The position numbers and the translations under genes were made by a program. Positions 18,763 to 30,196 of a stretch of DNA of 64,000 nt are shown one piece after another. The stretch is from positions 42,773 through 106,772 of the forward strand of contig JBFXCP010000010.1 in the NCBI GenBank assembly GCA_050182055.1, read 5' to 3'. This DNA comes from Hyphomonadaceae bacterium (GTDB lineage Bacteria; Pseudomonadota; Alphaproteobacteria; Caulobacterales; Aquidulcibacteraceae). Numbering within the stretch: position 1 is the stretch's first letter; each line of letters begins with the position of its first letter. The notes below the pieces were generated by a model. It was given only the letters and a program-made list of their open reading frames with translations. It did not search any database and was not told the origin of the DNA.

Positions 18763-18878
18763 GCGCCCACCCGTTCGTGCCACAGCCGCAGCCGCTTTGC
18801 GGCGGGCGCGCCATCCTGTATCAGCGGGACGCCGGCTCGCGGCGCACCGATTTGTTCTGACCAAGAAGAGGCCAGAGG

Positions 18879-19727
18879 ATGACCCTCCGACACCTGAATC
18901 CAGCGCGTGGGCTGGCCTTGGCGTTGCTGGCGGCGGGCCTTGGCGCCTGCGGCGGCGTCACCGATCGCGAGCGGGTGCAGTATTCGGACGAACCGGTCGC
19001 GCGCATCTACAATCGCGGCGCCGACAATCTCGACCGCCGCCGCTGGGAGCAAGCGCTGGGCGCGTTCGAGGAGGTCGAACGCCAGCACCCGTACTCGTCG
19101 TGGGCGCGCCGCGCGATGATCATGGAAGCGTACGCGCACTATATGGCCAACCAGTACGATGAGGCCATCGAGGACGCGCAGCGCTTCATCGCCTTGCACC
19201 CGGGCAACGAGAGCGCGCCGTACGCCTACTACCTGGTCGCGATGTGCCACTTCGAGCGCATCCTCGACGTGGGCCGCGACCAAGGCACCACCGAGCGTGC
19301 GCTCGCGGCGTTGACCGATGTCGTGCGCCGCTTTCCGGATTCGCCCTACGCGCGCGACGCACGGCTGAAGATCGACATGGTCTACGACCAGCTCGCCGGC
19401 AAGGAGATGTCGGTCGGCCGTTTCTATCTCGAGCGCGACCAGCATCTCGCCGCCATCAACCGCTTCCGCAATGTGATCGAGGACGAGCACTTCCAGCGCA
19501 CGTCGCACGTGCCGGAAGCGCTGCACCGTTTGGTCGAATCCTATCTGTCTGTCGGCATGAGCGAGGAAGCCCAGCGCATGGCGGCGATCCTCGGGCACAA
19601 TTTCCCAGGCAGCGAGTGGTACCAACGCTCGTATGCGCTGATGACAGACAGCGGCGTCGCGCCGGTCGCCGAGGACGAAGCCCGCCGCCGCGGCTGGTTG
19701 CGCCGCACGTTCGGCACGGTGTTCTAA
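18879..19727 (+). CDS. bamD: outer membrane protein assembly factor BamD
   Basis: Lipobox LLAAGLGAC. TPR-like YfiO pattern (YNRGADNLDRRRWEQALGAFEEVERQHPYSSWA). Confidence 0.9.
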   Translation: MTLRHLNPARGLALALLAAGLGACGGVTDRERVQYSDEPVARIYNRGADNLDRRRWEQALGAFEEVERQHPYSSWARRAMIMEAYAHYMANQYDEAIEDAQRFIALHPGNESAPYAYYLVAMCHFERILDVGRDQGTTERALAALTDVVRRFPDSPYARDARLKIDMVYDQLAGKEMSVGRFYLERDQHLAAINRFRNVIEDEHFQRTSHVPEALHRLVESYLSVGMSEEAQRMAAILGHNFPGSEWYQRSYALMTDSGVAPVAEDEARRRGWLRRTFGTVF

Positions 19728-19740
19728 GCTCCCTCGGTAA

Positions 19741-22080
<2,340 letters not shown>

Positions 22081-22091
22081 GCGCAGGAACG

Positions 22092-22487
22092 TCACCGTCC
22101 CATTGCGATCGCGGTGCCGAGCGTGTCCGCGTATTGCTGGAACGCGGCGATCTTGCCGTTCTTGACGCGGAAGACGTGCGCGAATTGCGCGCGCATCTGC
22201 TTGCCGGTCGCCTTGCACACGCCGCTGTAGTGGCCGAGCGAGACAATGGTGTCGCCGCCGTCGATCATCTCTTCCGAATTCGCGGCGAAGCCATCCCAAT
22301 CGGCGCCGATGCGCGCGAAGACGCCCATGAGCACCGCTTCGGGGCCGATGTAGGGGTTGCGGTCGGCGTAGGGATAGTTCTCGGCTTCGTTCCAGACGAT
22401 GTCGGGGGCCATGGTCGCGAGTGCCGCGGGCATGTCGCCGTTGGCGAAGGCGGCGTAGAGCGCGCGGACGGGTTCCGTGTTGGGCAT
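22092..22487 (-). CDS. SnoaL-like / NTF2-fold protein
   Basis: 131 aa. VRALYAAFANGDMPAALATMAPDIVW is a typical SnoaL_2 N-terminus. Confidence 0.75.
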   Translation of the reverse strand: MPNTEPVRALYAAFANGDMPAALATMAPDIVWNEAENYPYADRNPYIGPEAVLMGVFARIGADWDGFAANSEEMIDGGDTIVSLGHYSGVCKATGKQMRAQFAHVFRVKNGKIAAFQQYADTLGTAIAMGR

Positions 22488-22496
22488 GTGTTTCCC

Positions 22497-23153
22497 CTAG
22501 GAGGCTTTGCGGGGCAGTTCTGTCAGCGCCGCTGCGCCCACGACAATCAGATACACCGCCAGCGCACGCGCGCCGAACGCGGCGCTGACCTCGCCTTCCG
22601 GTTCGCCGGGCATGATCATCGGCACGATTTGCAGAACGACCAGCGCCGCAATCAGCGCGATCGCCGGCCACGCGGCGGCGCCCAGCGTCTTGCGGCTCGC
22701 GACCCACATCGCGCCCGTCACGCCCAACAATCCCATTTCCAGCGCCTGCTCAGGCACGGGATAATTCCAGAGGCCGAGTCCAACTTTCTCGCCTCCGATC
22801 CAGAGTTCGAGATCGGGGCGATGCACCAGCCAATCGAGCGCCCAGTGCGACGCGACGACGAGGCCGACGACGACACTGGCCCACGTTGACAGCCGCAGCA
22901 GGAGCTTCGCCAGCAACGCCGCGCCCACGGCCCACGCCAACGTCATCGGCGCGGAGTGCGTCCATGGCATGTGGTAGAGGTCGAGGTTGGAGCCGGGCAG
23001 CGACGGATCGATGCGCGCGCGCTCGACGCCCGTCATGATGAAACTCGCCCAGCCAATGTCGACGAGCTGCGCCGCAGCGGCAAGCGTCCACATCGGCGCC
23101 TTCGGCTCGATGGCTTTGGCGGCGAACGCCGCAGCGTAGTGACCGACGAACAT
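22497..23153 (-). CDS. polytopic membrane protein (YdjM/DUF457-like metal-dependent hydrolase family?)
   Basis: MFVGHYAAAF..., then HMPWTHS and SHWALDWLVH histidine motifs within about 5 TM spans. The start shares 1 nt with the upstream stop (TGATG). Confidence 0.5.
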   Translation of the reverse strand: MFVGHYAAAFAAKAIEPKAPMWTLAAAAQLVDIGWASFIMTGVERARIDPSLPGSNLDLYHMPWTHSAPMTLAWAVGAALLAKLLLRLSTWASVVVGLVVASHWALDWLVHRPDLELWIGGEKVGLGLWNYPVPEQALEMGLLGVTGAMWVASRKTLGAAAWPAIALIAALVVLQIVPMIMPGEPEGEVSAAFGARALAVYLIVVGAAALTELPRKAS

Positions 23154-24694
23154 CAGCGCGCCAGTTCGTACATGATGTCGATGAAGCCCATCACCGCGCC
23201 CTCGATGCCTTGAACGCGCGGATTGACGCTGTCGATCAGGAAATACTCGTTCGGCGCATGCGCGCCATTGCCATGGCCGAGGCCGAACTGGCCCGCGGGC
23301 AGGCTGACCGGCGCGGCCGTGAACACCGCGCCGGGCCATGAGCCGGCGAGGCGCGGATTGAGCGTCGCGCGCGCGTTGAAGCGGCGATAGACGGCGAGCT
23401 GCGCTTGCACGATGGCGGACTCTTCCGCGGTCTCGGTCGGGTCGTAGCCGCCGCTGACGTTGATTTCGACGTCCTCGTAGCCGCGCGCATCGAGGTGGGC
23501 GCGCAGCTTTGCTTCCGCTTCGGCGCGCGTCTGGTTCGGGACCAGACGGAAGTCCAGCTTGGCGACGCCGCGGTGGGGCAGGATGGTCATGCCGCCGGGG
23601 CCGGTGTAGCCGGCGACCAGGCCTTCGATGTTCACCGTGGGCTGGGAGGCGAGGCGCTCCAACGCCTGCGCCCACGGCAGATCGTCGATGAAGCGCGACA
23701 CGCCGTTGCGCTGCTTCCAGTCCTCTTCGCTGGTGTTGCGTGCGTTCAGTTGGATCAGTTCGCGTTCGCGGTCGGTGAGCGGGCGCACGTTCTCGAACCA
23801 GCCATCGATGGCGGGCGTGTTGCCGTCTTCGCTGACCAGCGTCTCAAGCGCATGGACGAGCCGCCACACCGGCGAGTCGACCATCGCTTTGGTGCTGGAA
23901 TGAATGTCGCGTGTCGGCCCGCGGCCCCAGCGTGCCCCGCTGGCGATCAGCTCACACTCTATGATGCCTTTGACGCCGAGATTGACGCTAACGCCGCCGG
24001 TGGTCGGGTCTTGCCATGCGCTCGGAATGAAGACGCCAACGGCTTGTTGCAGGCGCGCCATGATGTCGGGGCGGCGCACGATCTGATGGAAGTGCGGGCT
24101 GCCGATTTCCTCTTCGCCTTCGCAGACGAGCACGATGTTCACCGGCGGCTGGCGCCCGGCGGCGCGCAGCGCGCGCAACGCGGCCAGGAAGCTGATCTCC
24201 GGTCCTTTCTGGTTCACCGCGCCGCGGCCGACCATGATGCGCCCGAGCGGATTGTCGACCAGCCGCGCTTCCAGCGGCGGCGAGGACCACTCCTCCGGAT
24301 TGAACTGCTTCACGTCGTACATGAAGTAGACGGCAAGCGTTTTCGGCGCGCCCGCGTCGAGCGTCGCGTACACGCCGGGCACGCCGTCGGTCGGCACGAT
24401 TTCGGCGGTCTGGAAGCCGGAGTCGCGTGCAAGCTGCGCCATGTACTGGGCGCCTTGTTCGACGTTGAGTCCTTCGGCGGCGATGGTGGGATTGCGGATC
24501 CAATCCTGGAGCAGGGCGACCGTCTCGTCCTTCTGCCGCGCCACGATGCGGCGCAACGCGTTACGGTTCGGCGTCACAGCGTCCGCCGCGCCCACCAGCA
24601 TTGCCGCTGGCGCCAACGCTGCCGCGCCTGTCCAGAGACCGCGGCGCGTCGGCTTCGCTGCGGTGTCGATCGGCGGAATCTCGTCCCGGTCCAT
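23153..24694 (-). CDS. M20-family metallopeptidase, Tat-exported
   Basis: Twin-arginine signal PTRRGLWTGAAALAPAAMLVGA. LVCEGEEEIGSPHF and GLGHGNGAHAPNEY motifs of the M20/ArgE/DapE family. Confidence 0.85.
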   Translation of the reverse strand: MDRDEIPPIDTAAKPTRRGLWTGAAALAPAAMLVGAADAVTPNRNALRRIVARQKDETVALLQDWIRNPTIAAEGLNVEQGAQYMAQLARDSGFQTAEIVPTDGVPGVYATLDAGAPKTLAVYFMYDVKQFNPEEWSSPPLEARLVDNPLGRIMVGRGAVNQKGPEISFLAALRALRAAGRQPPVNIVLVCEGEEEIGSPHFHQIVRRPDIMARLQQAVGVFIPSAWQDPTTGGVSVNLGVKGIIECELIASGARWGRGPTRDIHSSTKAMVDSPVWRLVHALETLVSEDGNTPAIDGWFENVRPLTDRERELIQLNARNTSEEDWKQRNGVSRFIDDLPWAQALERLASQPTVNIEGLVAGYTGPGGMTILPHRGVAKLDFRLVPNQTRAEAEAKLRAHLDARGYEDVEINVSGGYDPTETAEESAIVQAQLAVYRRFNARATLNPRLAGSWPGAVFTAAPVSLPAGQFGLGHGNGAHAPNEYFLIDSVNPRVQGIEGAVMGFIDIMYELAR

Positions 24695-24721
24695 AGCTTC
24701 CCCCTTTCTGCGGGGGAAAGC

Positions 24722-26533
24722 CTAGAGCGGCTTGGTCGCGCTTTCCAGCCACGCCTTGGCGTCGCCGTCGAGCTGCGGGGCGATTTTGTCCCACACACGC
24801 GCGTGGTAGGCGTCGACCCAGGCGATCTCTTCTTTCGTCAGCAGCTTTTTGACGATCAATTCGCGGGCGATCGGCGCGAGCGTCAGCGTTTCGAAGCCCA
24901 GCATCGGCCGTTCGCCACCTTCGATCTCGGCGGCGGGCGTGACGACCTGTAGGTTCTCGATGCGGATGCCGTAGGCGCCGGTCTTGTAATAGCCGGGCTC
25001 GTTCGAGACGATCATGCCCGGCTCGAGCGGCTGGGTGTTGACGAACTTGGCGATGCGGTGCGGGCCTTCGTGCACGCCGAGATAGACGCCGACGCCATGG
25101 CCAGTGCCGTGATCGTAGTCGAGCCCGGCTTCCCACAAGCTCATGCGCGCGAGCGCATCGAGTTGGTGGCCTGTCGTGCCCTTCGGGAAGCGCACGCGCG
25201 AGAGTGCGATGTGGCCTTTGAGCACGCGCGTGAAGCGGTCCTTCATCTCCGGCGAGGCGCGCCCGATGGCCACGGTGCGGGTGATGTCGGTGGTGCCGTC
25301 CAGATATTGGCCGCCGCTATCGATCAGGAACAGCGATCCGCGCGCGAGCCGGCGGTTGGTCTTCTTGGTGACGCGATAGTGGACGATCGCGCCGTTCGGC
25401 CCGGCGCCTGAAATCGAGTCGAACGAAAGATCCTTGAGCTGGCCCGTTTCGGCGCGGAACGCCTCGAGCTTCTGGCACGCTTCGATCTCCTGCACCCTGC
25501 CGGTCTGCCCCTCTGTGGCGAGCCAGTGCAGGAAGCGCGAGACGGCCGCGCCGTCGCGCGTGTGCGCTTTGCGCGAGCCTTCGATTTCCGCCGCGTTCTT
25601 GCACGCACGCGGCAGCACGACCGGGTCTTGCCCGCGCACGATTTCGGCGCCGGCGTCCGTGAGTTGCTTGAAATACCAAGCCGAGGCGGTCGCGGGATCG
25701 AGCTTCACGCGCTTGCCGCGCAGGCCGGCAAGCGTCGGCTGCAATTCCGAGCTCGGCTTCACCGCGACTTCGTTGCCGAGCCATTGGCGGAGTTCGGGCG
25801 AGACTTTTTCTTCGGCAAGGAAGAGATCGGCCGTGCCGTCGGCGCGCAGCAGCGCTTCGCCCAGCGGCAACGGCGTGCGTGCGACATCGCCGCCGCGCAC
25901 GTTGAAGAGCCACGCGATCGAGGCCGGCGAGGTGATCACGACGGCGTCGGCCTTTTCGGCCGCCAGCGCATCGCCGAGCCGGTGGCGCTTGGAGGCCGCG
26001 GCCTCGCCGGTAAAGCTCTCGGGCTGCGGCACGACTTTGGCTGTCGGGATCGGCGGCCGGTCGTCCCAGATCGCATCGATGGGGTTGGCTTCGACGGGGA
26101 CGAGCACTGCGCCGGCGGCGTCCGCGGCCGCGCGAAGCCGATCGAGATTGTCTGGACTGTGCAGTTTCGGGTCATAGCCGATCCTGGCCCCCTTCGGCGC
26201 GCGCTCGCGGATGTAGGCGGCGGGCCCGCCGTCGACGAGATCGCGGTAGGCGTAGAGTTCGCCGTCAACCTGCGCGCGGACCTGAAGGGTGTAGCGGCCG
26301 TCGGTGAAAATCGCGGCCTCGTCGGCGAACACCACCGCCGCGCCCGCCGAGCCGGTGAAGCCCGTGGCCCAGGCCAGGCGATCATAGGCCGGGGGCACGT
26401 ATTCGTTCTGCCATTCATCCTCGTGCGGCACGATGAAACCGTCGAGGCCGGCGGCCTTGAGCGCTTTCCGTAGGCGGGGCAGATGCTTACGGCCGAGGGC
26501 GGGGCCGCCGGGATCGTCGTAGGTCTGGAACAC
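24722..26533 (-). CDS. aminopeptidase P family (M24B Xaa-Pro aminopeptidase)
   Basis: 603 aa. Creatinase-like N domains plus an M24 core (DSGGQYLDGTTDITRT, HGTGHGVG, SNEPGYY, IRIENL). Confidence 0.9.
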   Translation of the reverse strand: MFQTYDDPGGPALGRKHLPRLRKALKAAGLDGFIVPHEDEWQNEYVPPAYDRLAWATGFTGSAGAAVVFADEAAIFTDGRYTLQVRAQVDGELYAYRDLVDGGPAAYIRERAPKGARIGYDPKLHSPDNLDRLRAAADAAGAVLVPVEANPIDAIWDDRPPIPTAKVVPQPESFTGEAAASKRHRLGDALAAEKADAVVITSPASIAWLFNVRGGDVARTPLPLGEALLRADGTADLFLAEEKVSPELRQWLGNEVAVKPSSELQPTLAGLRGKRVKLDPATASAWYFKQLTDAGAEIVRGQDPVVLPRACKNAAEIEGSRKAHTRDGAAVSRFLHWLATEGQTGRVQEIEACQKLEAFRAETGQLKDLSFDSISGAGPNGAIVHYRVTKKTNRRLARGSLFLIDSGGQYLDGTTDITRTVAIGRASPEMKDRFTRVLKGHIALSRVRFPKGTTGHQLDALARMSLWEAGLDYDHGTGHGVGVYLGVHEGPHRIAKFVNTQPLEPGMIVSNEPGYYKTGAYGIRIENLQVVTPAAEIEGGERPMLGFETLTLAPIARELIVKKLLTKEEIAWVDAYHARVWDKIAPQLDGDAKAWLESATKPL

Positions 26534-26650
26534 GAATTGCGTCCTTAAGGGGCGGGTTCAGGGCAGGTTCAGTGGCCTGAGTTTAGGGGTTTCGCTGTGG
26601 CGGTTTAAGAGGCTGGCCACGGAATTTCCGGCTGGAGCCGCGGAGAACGC

Positions 26651-27100
26651 ATGGCGTCTTGGGTGAAACGGGCGATGGCGGCGGCGGCCGCGCTTGCGCT
26701 GTTGGCGGGTCCCGCCGCGGCGCAGGTGCCGGACCCGTATGCCCGCGAACTGGCCCAGAAGCTCGCCCGCGCCCAGACTGTCGTGACCGAGCGGGGCTAT
26801 CAGCGCGCCGCCGGACCGTTCGCCGGGGGGCTGGGCGCCAGCGAAGATGCGCGCTTTCAGGTGATGCTGCGGGCGGGCATGGATTATCGCATCGTCGGCG
26901 TCTGCGACTCGCGCTGCAGCGATCTCGACATGCGCCTCTATGACCCGAACGATCAGCGCGTTGCGGAAGACGTTCTCGACGACGCGGTGCCGGTGATCCA
27001 CATCTTGCCGCAATCCACCGGCCAGCACACGATCGAAGTGCGGATGCGGCGCTGCGGCAGCGATCCGTGCTGGTTCGCGTTCAACGTCTATTCGCGCTGA
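26651..27100 (+). CDS. secreted Cys-rich beta-domain protein, homologous to the periplasmic domain of the TIR protein at 36259..37311
   Basis: Sec signal MASWVKRAMAAAAALALLAGPAAAQ. Motif DYRIVGVCDSRCSDLDMRLYD...RMRRCGSDPCWFAFNVYSR aligns with DYSIVGVCDGDCGDLDLVLYD...VMHNCTVSPCFYALALYGR. Confidence 0.65.
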   Translation: MASWVKRAMAAAAALALLAGPAAAQVPDPYARELAQKLARAQTVVTERGYQRAAGPFAGGLGASEDARFQVMLRAGMDYRIVGVCDSRCSDLDMRLYDPNDQRVAEDVLDDAVPVIHILPQSTGQHTIEVRMRRCGSDPCWFAFNVYSR

Positions 27101-27993
27101 GGCTTGCGCCACACTAGCGTCATCCACGCTTCTTTTGGAATCTGGCGATCGAGCACGAGGCCGCGCGAGGCATAGGCTTCGCGCACCAGCGGCGCTTGCG
27201 TGCGCAGCAGGCCGGATAGAATCAGCGCGCCGCCCGGCGCCACGGCGGGAACGAGTTTTGGCGCCAGCCGGATCAGCGGGCGCATCAGGATGTTCGCGAA
27301 CACGAGATCGAATTTCTGCTGCGCGATGTAGCGCGCGCCGTCGCCGGCGATGACACGCACGCGCTGGGCGACATCGTTCTGCCGCGCGTTGATTTGAGCA
27401 ATCGCCGCAGCGCGCGGATCGATCTCGATGGCGAGCGCATCTGCCCCTGTCTTTGCTGCTGCAATCGCAAGTACGCCTGAGCCGGCGCCAACGTCGAGCG
27501 CGCGATATCCCGGAGTGCGCGGCTTCAGCCGCGCTTGCGGGTCTGAGGACCCGCGGTCCTTGGCCCGCGCGCGCAGAAAGTGCTCCAGCGCCATCAGGCA
27601 GCCCCAAGTGGTGCCGTGGTGACCGGTGCCAAACGCTTCCGATGCCTCGATCCAGACCTTGGTGCGTCCGCTTTTGTCGCGTTGCAGCGCATGCGCGCCG
27701 GCGACGACGAAGCGCCCTGCGCGCACGGCGGGCAGTCCTTCCAGCGCCATCGCCACCCAGTCGGCCGCCTTCACTTTTTTCTGCACCATGTGCAGTTCTG
27801 GTGCGGCTGCGCCAACGATTGCGCACGCGCTGGCGGCGTCCTGCTTCGACGGCACATACACTTCGAGCCTGAACTTGTTCGGGCTCTCCTCGAACCAGCT
27901 CACCGCGTCGGCAGGCGAGGGATCGTGGCGATCCAGTTCGTCGGCCGCGGCCTTGATCAGCCCCAAGGGGCCAAGAGTCGTGAGCACGTACAT
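27088..27993 (-). CDS. prmA: ribosomal protein L11 methyltransferase
   Basis: 301 aa. AFGTGHHGTT and ALDVGAGSGVLAIAAAKTGA motifs. Confidence 0.9.
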   Translation of the reverse strand: MYVLTTLGPLGLIKAAADELDRHDPSPADAVSWFEESPNKFRLEVYVPSKQDAASACAIVGAAAPELHMVQKKVKAADWVAMALEGLPAVRAGRFVVAGAHALQRDKSGRTKVWIEASEAFGTGHHGTTWGCLMALEHFLRARAKDRGSSDPQARLKPRTPGYRALDVGAGSGVLAIAAAKTGADALAIEIDPRAAAIAQINARQNDVAQRVRVIAGDGARYIAQQKFDLVFANILMRPLIRLAPKLVPAVAPGGALILSGLLRTQAPLVREAYASRGLVLDRQIPKEAWMTLVWRKPQRE

Positions 27994-28049
27994 CGGGCGC
28001 TAGCGTCTACGGCCATGGCCCGGCTTTGTCACGTCGCGAAGCGCGCGCA

Positions 28050-29594
28050 TTAGGGTGTGGTGGGCGCTGCGGCGGGATCGGCTGGCGCCGCCTCGGCGGG
28101 CGCATCGTAATACTCGGCGGCAGGCGCCTCGGTCGCTGCACCATAGTAATTGGGATTGTCGGTCCAGCGGCACCCGCGGTCAGCGTGCTGACAGCGGTAG
28201 GCGAAGTTGTTTGCGGTGCTGTCGGCCTCATCGGCCACGGTGTCGCTGAGTTCGATGAATGAGTCCTGCCAAGACCGGCCCAGAATGGCGAGATAGGGGG
28301 GCGGGGGAATGCTAACTTCTTCCTCGCGGTTGTTGGTGCGTCCGTGCACGAGCTGGACGCGCGCATTCTGGCCCTCCGTGTCCCACACTGTTCCTACAAA
28401 GATCGATCCGGCCGCATACTCCCCATAGTCTCGGGTCTGAATGAAATACGTCCCGACAATCCGGCTCATGAATTCGAGGTCCGAACTGTCCAGTTCGCCC
28501 GACATGCTGAGCATGAGCAGGCGCGGATCGAGCCATGCGCCGGAGCTGTTGCGCAGTGCAGCGTACGTCCACCCGCCTTCGCATGCATTCATGGAGCGCG
28601 CAGCGCAGGTATAAGGAAAGCGTTCGCGGTCGAACACGTTTTGTCGTGCGAACAGAGCGTCAGAAAGCGATTGCAGCTCCGCCCGCCACGAACCGCCGAG
28701 ATATGTGAGTTGATCGCGGGCAACGGTGATTGCACGTTCCGGCCTGGCTGTTCTGCCGTAGACAACGTTCACATCGAGTTTGCCGTCGGGCCGCCAGGCC
28801 ACGCCGCGGACGACCGCGCCGGCTGCGATATCGTCACCGCCGGCAACCGCCTCGCCAGAACCGCCCACGTACATGAACAATCCGCCGATGCAGTTGCATG
28901 GCGCCTTGTCTGAGCTCGGCGCTTGCGCCGTCCAGCGGCCGCGCTCGCTGACGACGTTCTCGGCGGTCCACGAACTTGTTGCTGGAGAGAGCCGGGCTGG
29001 GCACAGCACGAAGAAGTATGCAGCCGCGGCAACTACCGCCAGCGCGGCCAAGCCGCCGCCAACCATCGCCAACATCCGCGTCGGCAGGGCGCGCTGCTGG
29101 GGCTTGGCCGCGGGCTGGACGCGCGGGGCCGCGAACGCCGGCGCCGGCGCGGCGTGCGCCGCCGGTTGCTGCGTGGCGGTCTGCTGGTCCGGCAGCGCGA
29201 GCAGGCGGCGCACTTCGGTGACGAAGTCATCCCACTCGGGATGGTCCATCGCGCCGTTCCAATCCGAAAGATCGGCGGCCTGCATCTGGCCCCAGCCGAG
29301 CGGCACGGTGCAGCGCTCGAGCATCACCGGCATGACCGACTTGCCCATCTGCTGGGAGGCTTTGGCTTCGTCGAGCACCCAGCTGGCCTGCGATGGGTCC
29401 TCGGTGCGCTTCGACCAACAGACGACCACGATGCGCGCGTCGCGGATTTGCGCGCCGATCCAGGACGCCCAGGTTTGCCCGGGTGGAATTTTCTGGTCCC
29501 ACGCGACCGATATGCCGAGTTGCGTCAGCCCCTGAACAACAGCCTCGACGCGCTCCCTGTCCTCGCGCTTATAGCCGATGAAGACATCCGCCAT
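28050..29594 (-). CDS. TIR-domain membrane protein (cytoplasmic TIR, 1 TM, duplicated periplasmic domain)
   Basis: MADVFIGYKREDRERVEAV... TIR_2-like N-terminus with SWVLDEA (the Glu aligns with the catalytic Glu of the SxWCxxE motif). Pro/Gln/Ala linker. TM at residues ~174-197 (nt 29004-29075). About 315 aa exported region with paired Cys and an internal repeat. Confidence 0.85.
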   Translation of the reverse strand: MADVFIGYKREDRERVEAVVQGLTQLGISVAWDQKIPPGQTWASWIGAQIRDARIVVVCWSKRTEDPSQASWVLDEAKASQQMGKSVMPVMLERCTVPLGWGQMQAADLSDWNGAMDHPEWDDFVTEVRRLLALPDQQTATQQPAAHAAPAPAFAAPRVQPAAKPQQRALPTRMLAMVGGGLAALAVVAAAAYFFVLCPARLSPATSSWTAENVVSERGRWTAQAPSSDKAPCNCIGGLFMYVGGSGEAVAGGDDIAAGAVVRGVAWRPDGKLDVNVVYGRTARPERAITVARDQLTYLGGSWRAELQSLSDALFARQNVFDRERFPYTCAARSMNACEGGWTYAALRNSSGAWLDPRLLMLSMSGELDSSDLEFMSRIVGTYFIQTRDYGEYAAGSIFVGTVWDTEGQNARVQLVHGRTNNREEEVSIPPPPYLAILGRSWQDSFIELSDTVADEADSTANNFAYRCQHADRGCRWTDNPNYYGAATEAPAAEYYDAPAEAAPADPAAAPTTP

Positions 29595-29663
29595 GATCCG
29601 TGCTCCCGCCGCCGGGCACTAGATACCACGCCGTGACGATAAGGGAACGGGCTGGCGCTGCGG

Positions 29664-30188
29664 CTAGGGGCGTGTCACGCGGCCATTTTCCCAGTAGCCG
29701 GCGGCGATGATCCCGCCCTGAGGGTCCCAGTAGACGCCGTAGCCGTTCTGCATGTCGTCGCCGTAGCGGCCTTCGTAACGGCGTCCGTCGACGAAGACAT
29801 ACACGCCGTAGCCGGTCTTGACGCCGCCGTTCTCGCCCTGGCGATGCTCGCCTGCGTAGTACTCGCCGTCGTTCCAGAAAATGAAGCCGTAGCCGTGGCG
29901 CTGCGGCACGTCGGCGTCGCATTCGGCGCATTCGCCCATGTAGGAATCGCCGCCGACGCCGGTGAACTGAATCGTGCCGCGTGCGCGGCCCTGCGACCGC
30001 GCAGCTGCCTGTAGCGCAAGCTGCGCGGCGCGGCGCGCGGTTTCGACCGCCTCGCGGACATCGGGGCTGAGCTGCGCCAGATCATAGGGCGCGGCGGTTT
30101 GCTGTTGCGCTGCGGCCTCGCGCGGCGCGGTCGTGACGGCCGCGACGAGAAACGCGGCAACGGCCAGAGATCGGAGCGTGGAGTGCAT
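29664..30188 (-). CDS. exported MORN-repeat protein
   Basis: Start at MHSTLRSLAVAAFLVAAVTTAPREAAAQ (signal). Repeats of the type YAGEHRQGENGGVKTGYGVYVFVDGRRYEGRYGDDMQNGYGVYW. 69 nt upstream of the TIR gene. Confidence 0.7.
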   Translation of the reverse strand: MHSTLRSLAVAAFLVAAVTTAPREAAAQQQTAAPYDLAQLSPDVREAVETARRAAQLALQAAARSQGRARGTIQFTGVGGDSYMGECAECDADVPQRHGYGFIFWNDGEYYAGEHRQGENGGVKTGYGVYVFVDGRRYEGRYGDDMQNGYGVYWDPQGGIIAAGYWENGRVTRP

Positions 30189-30196
30189 CTGTCGCC

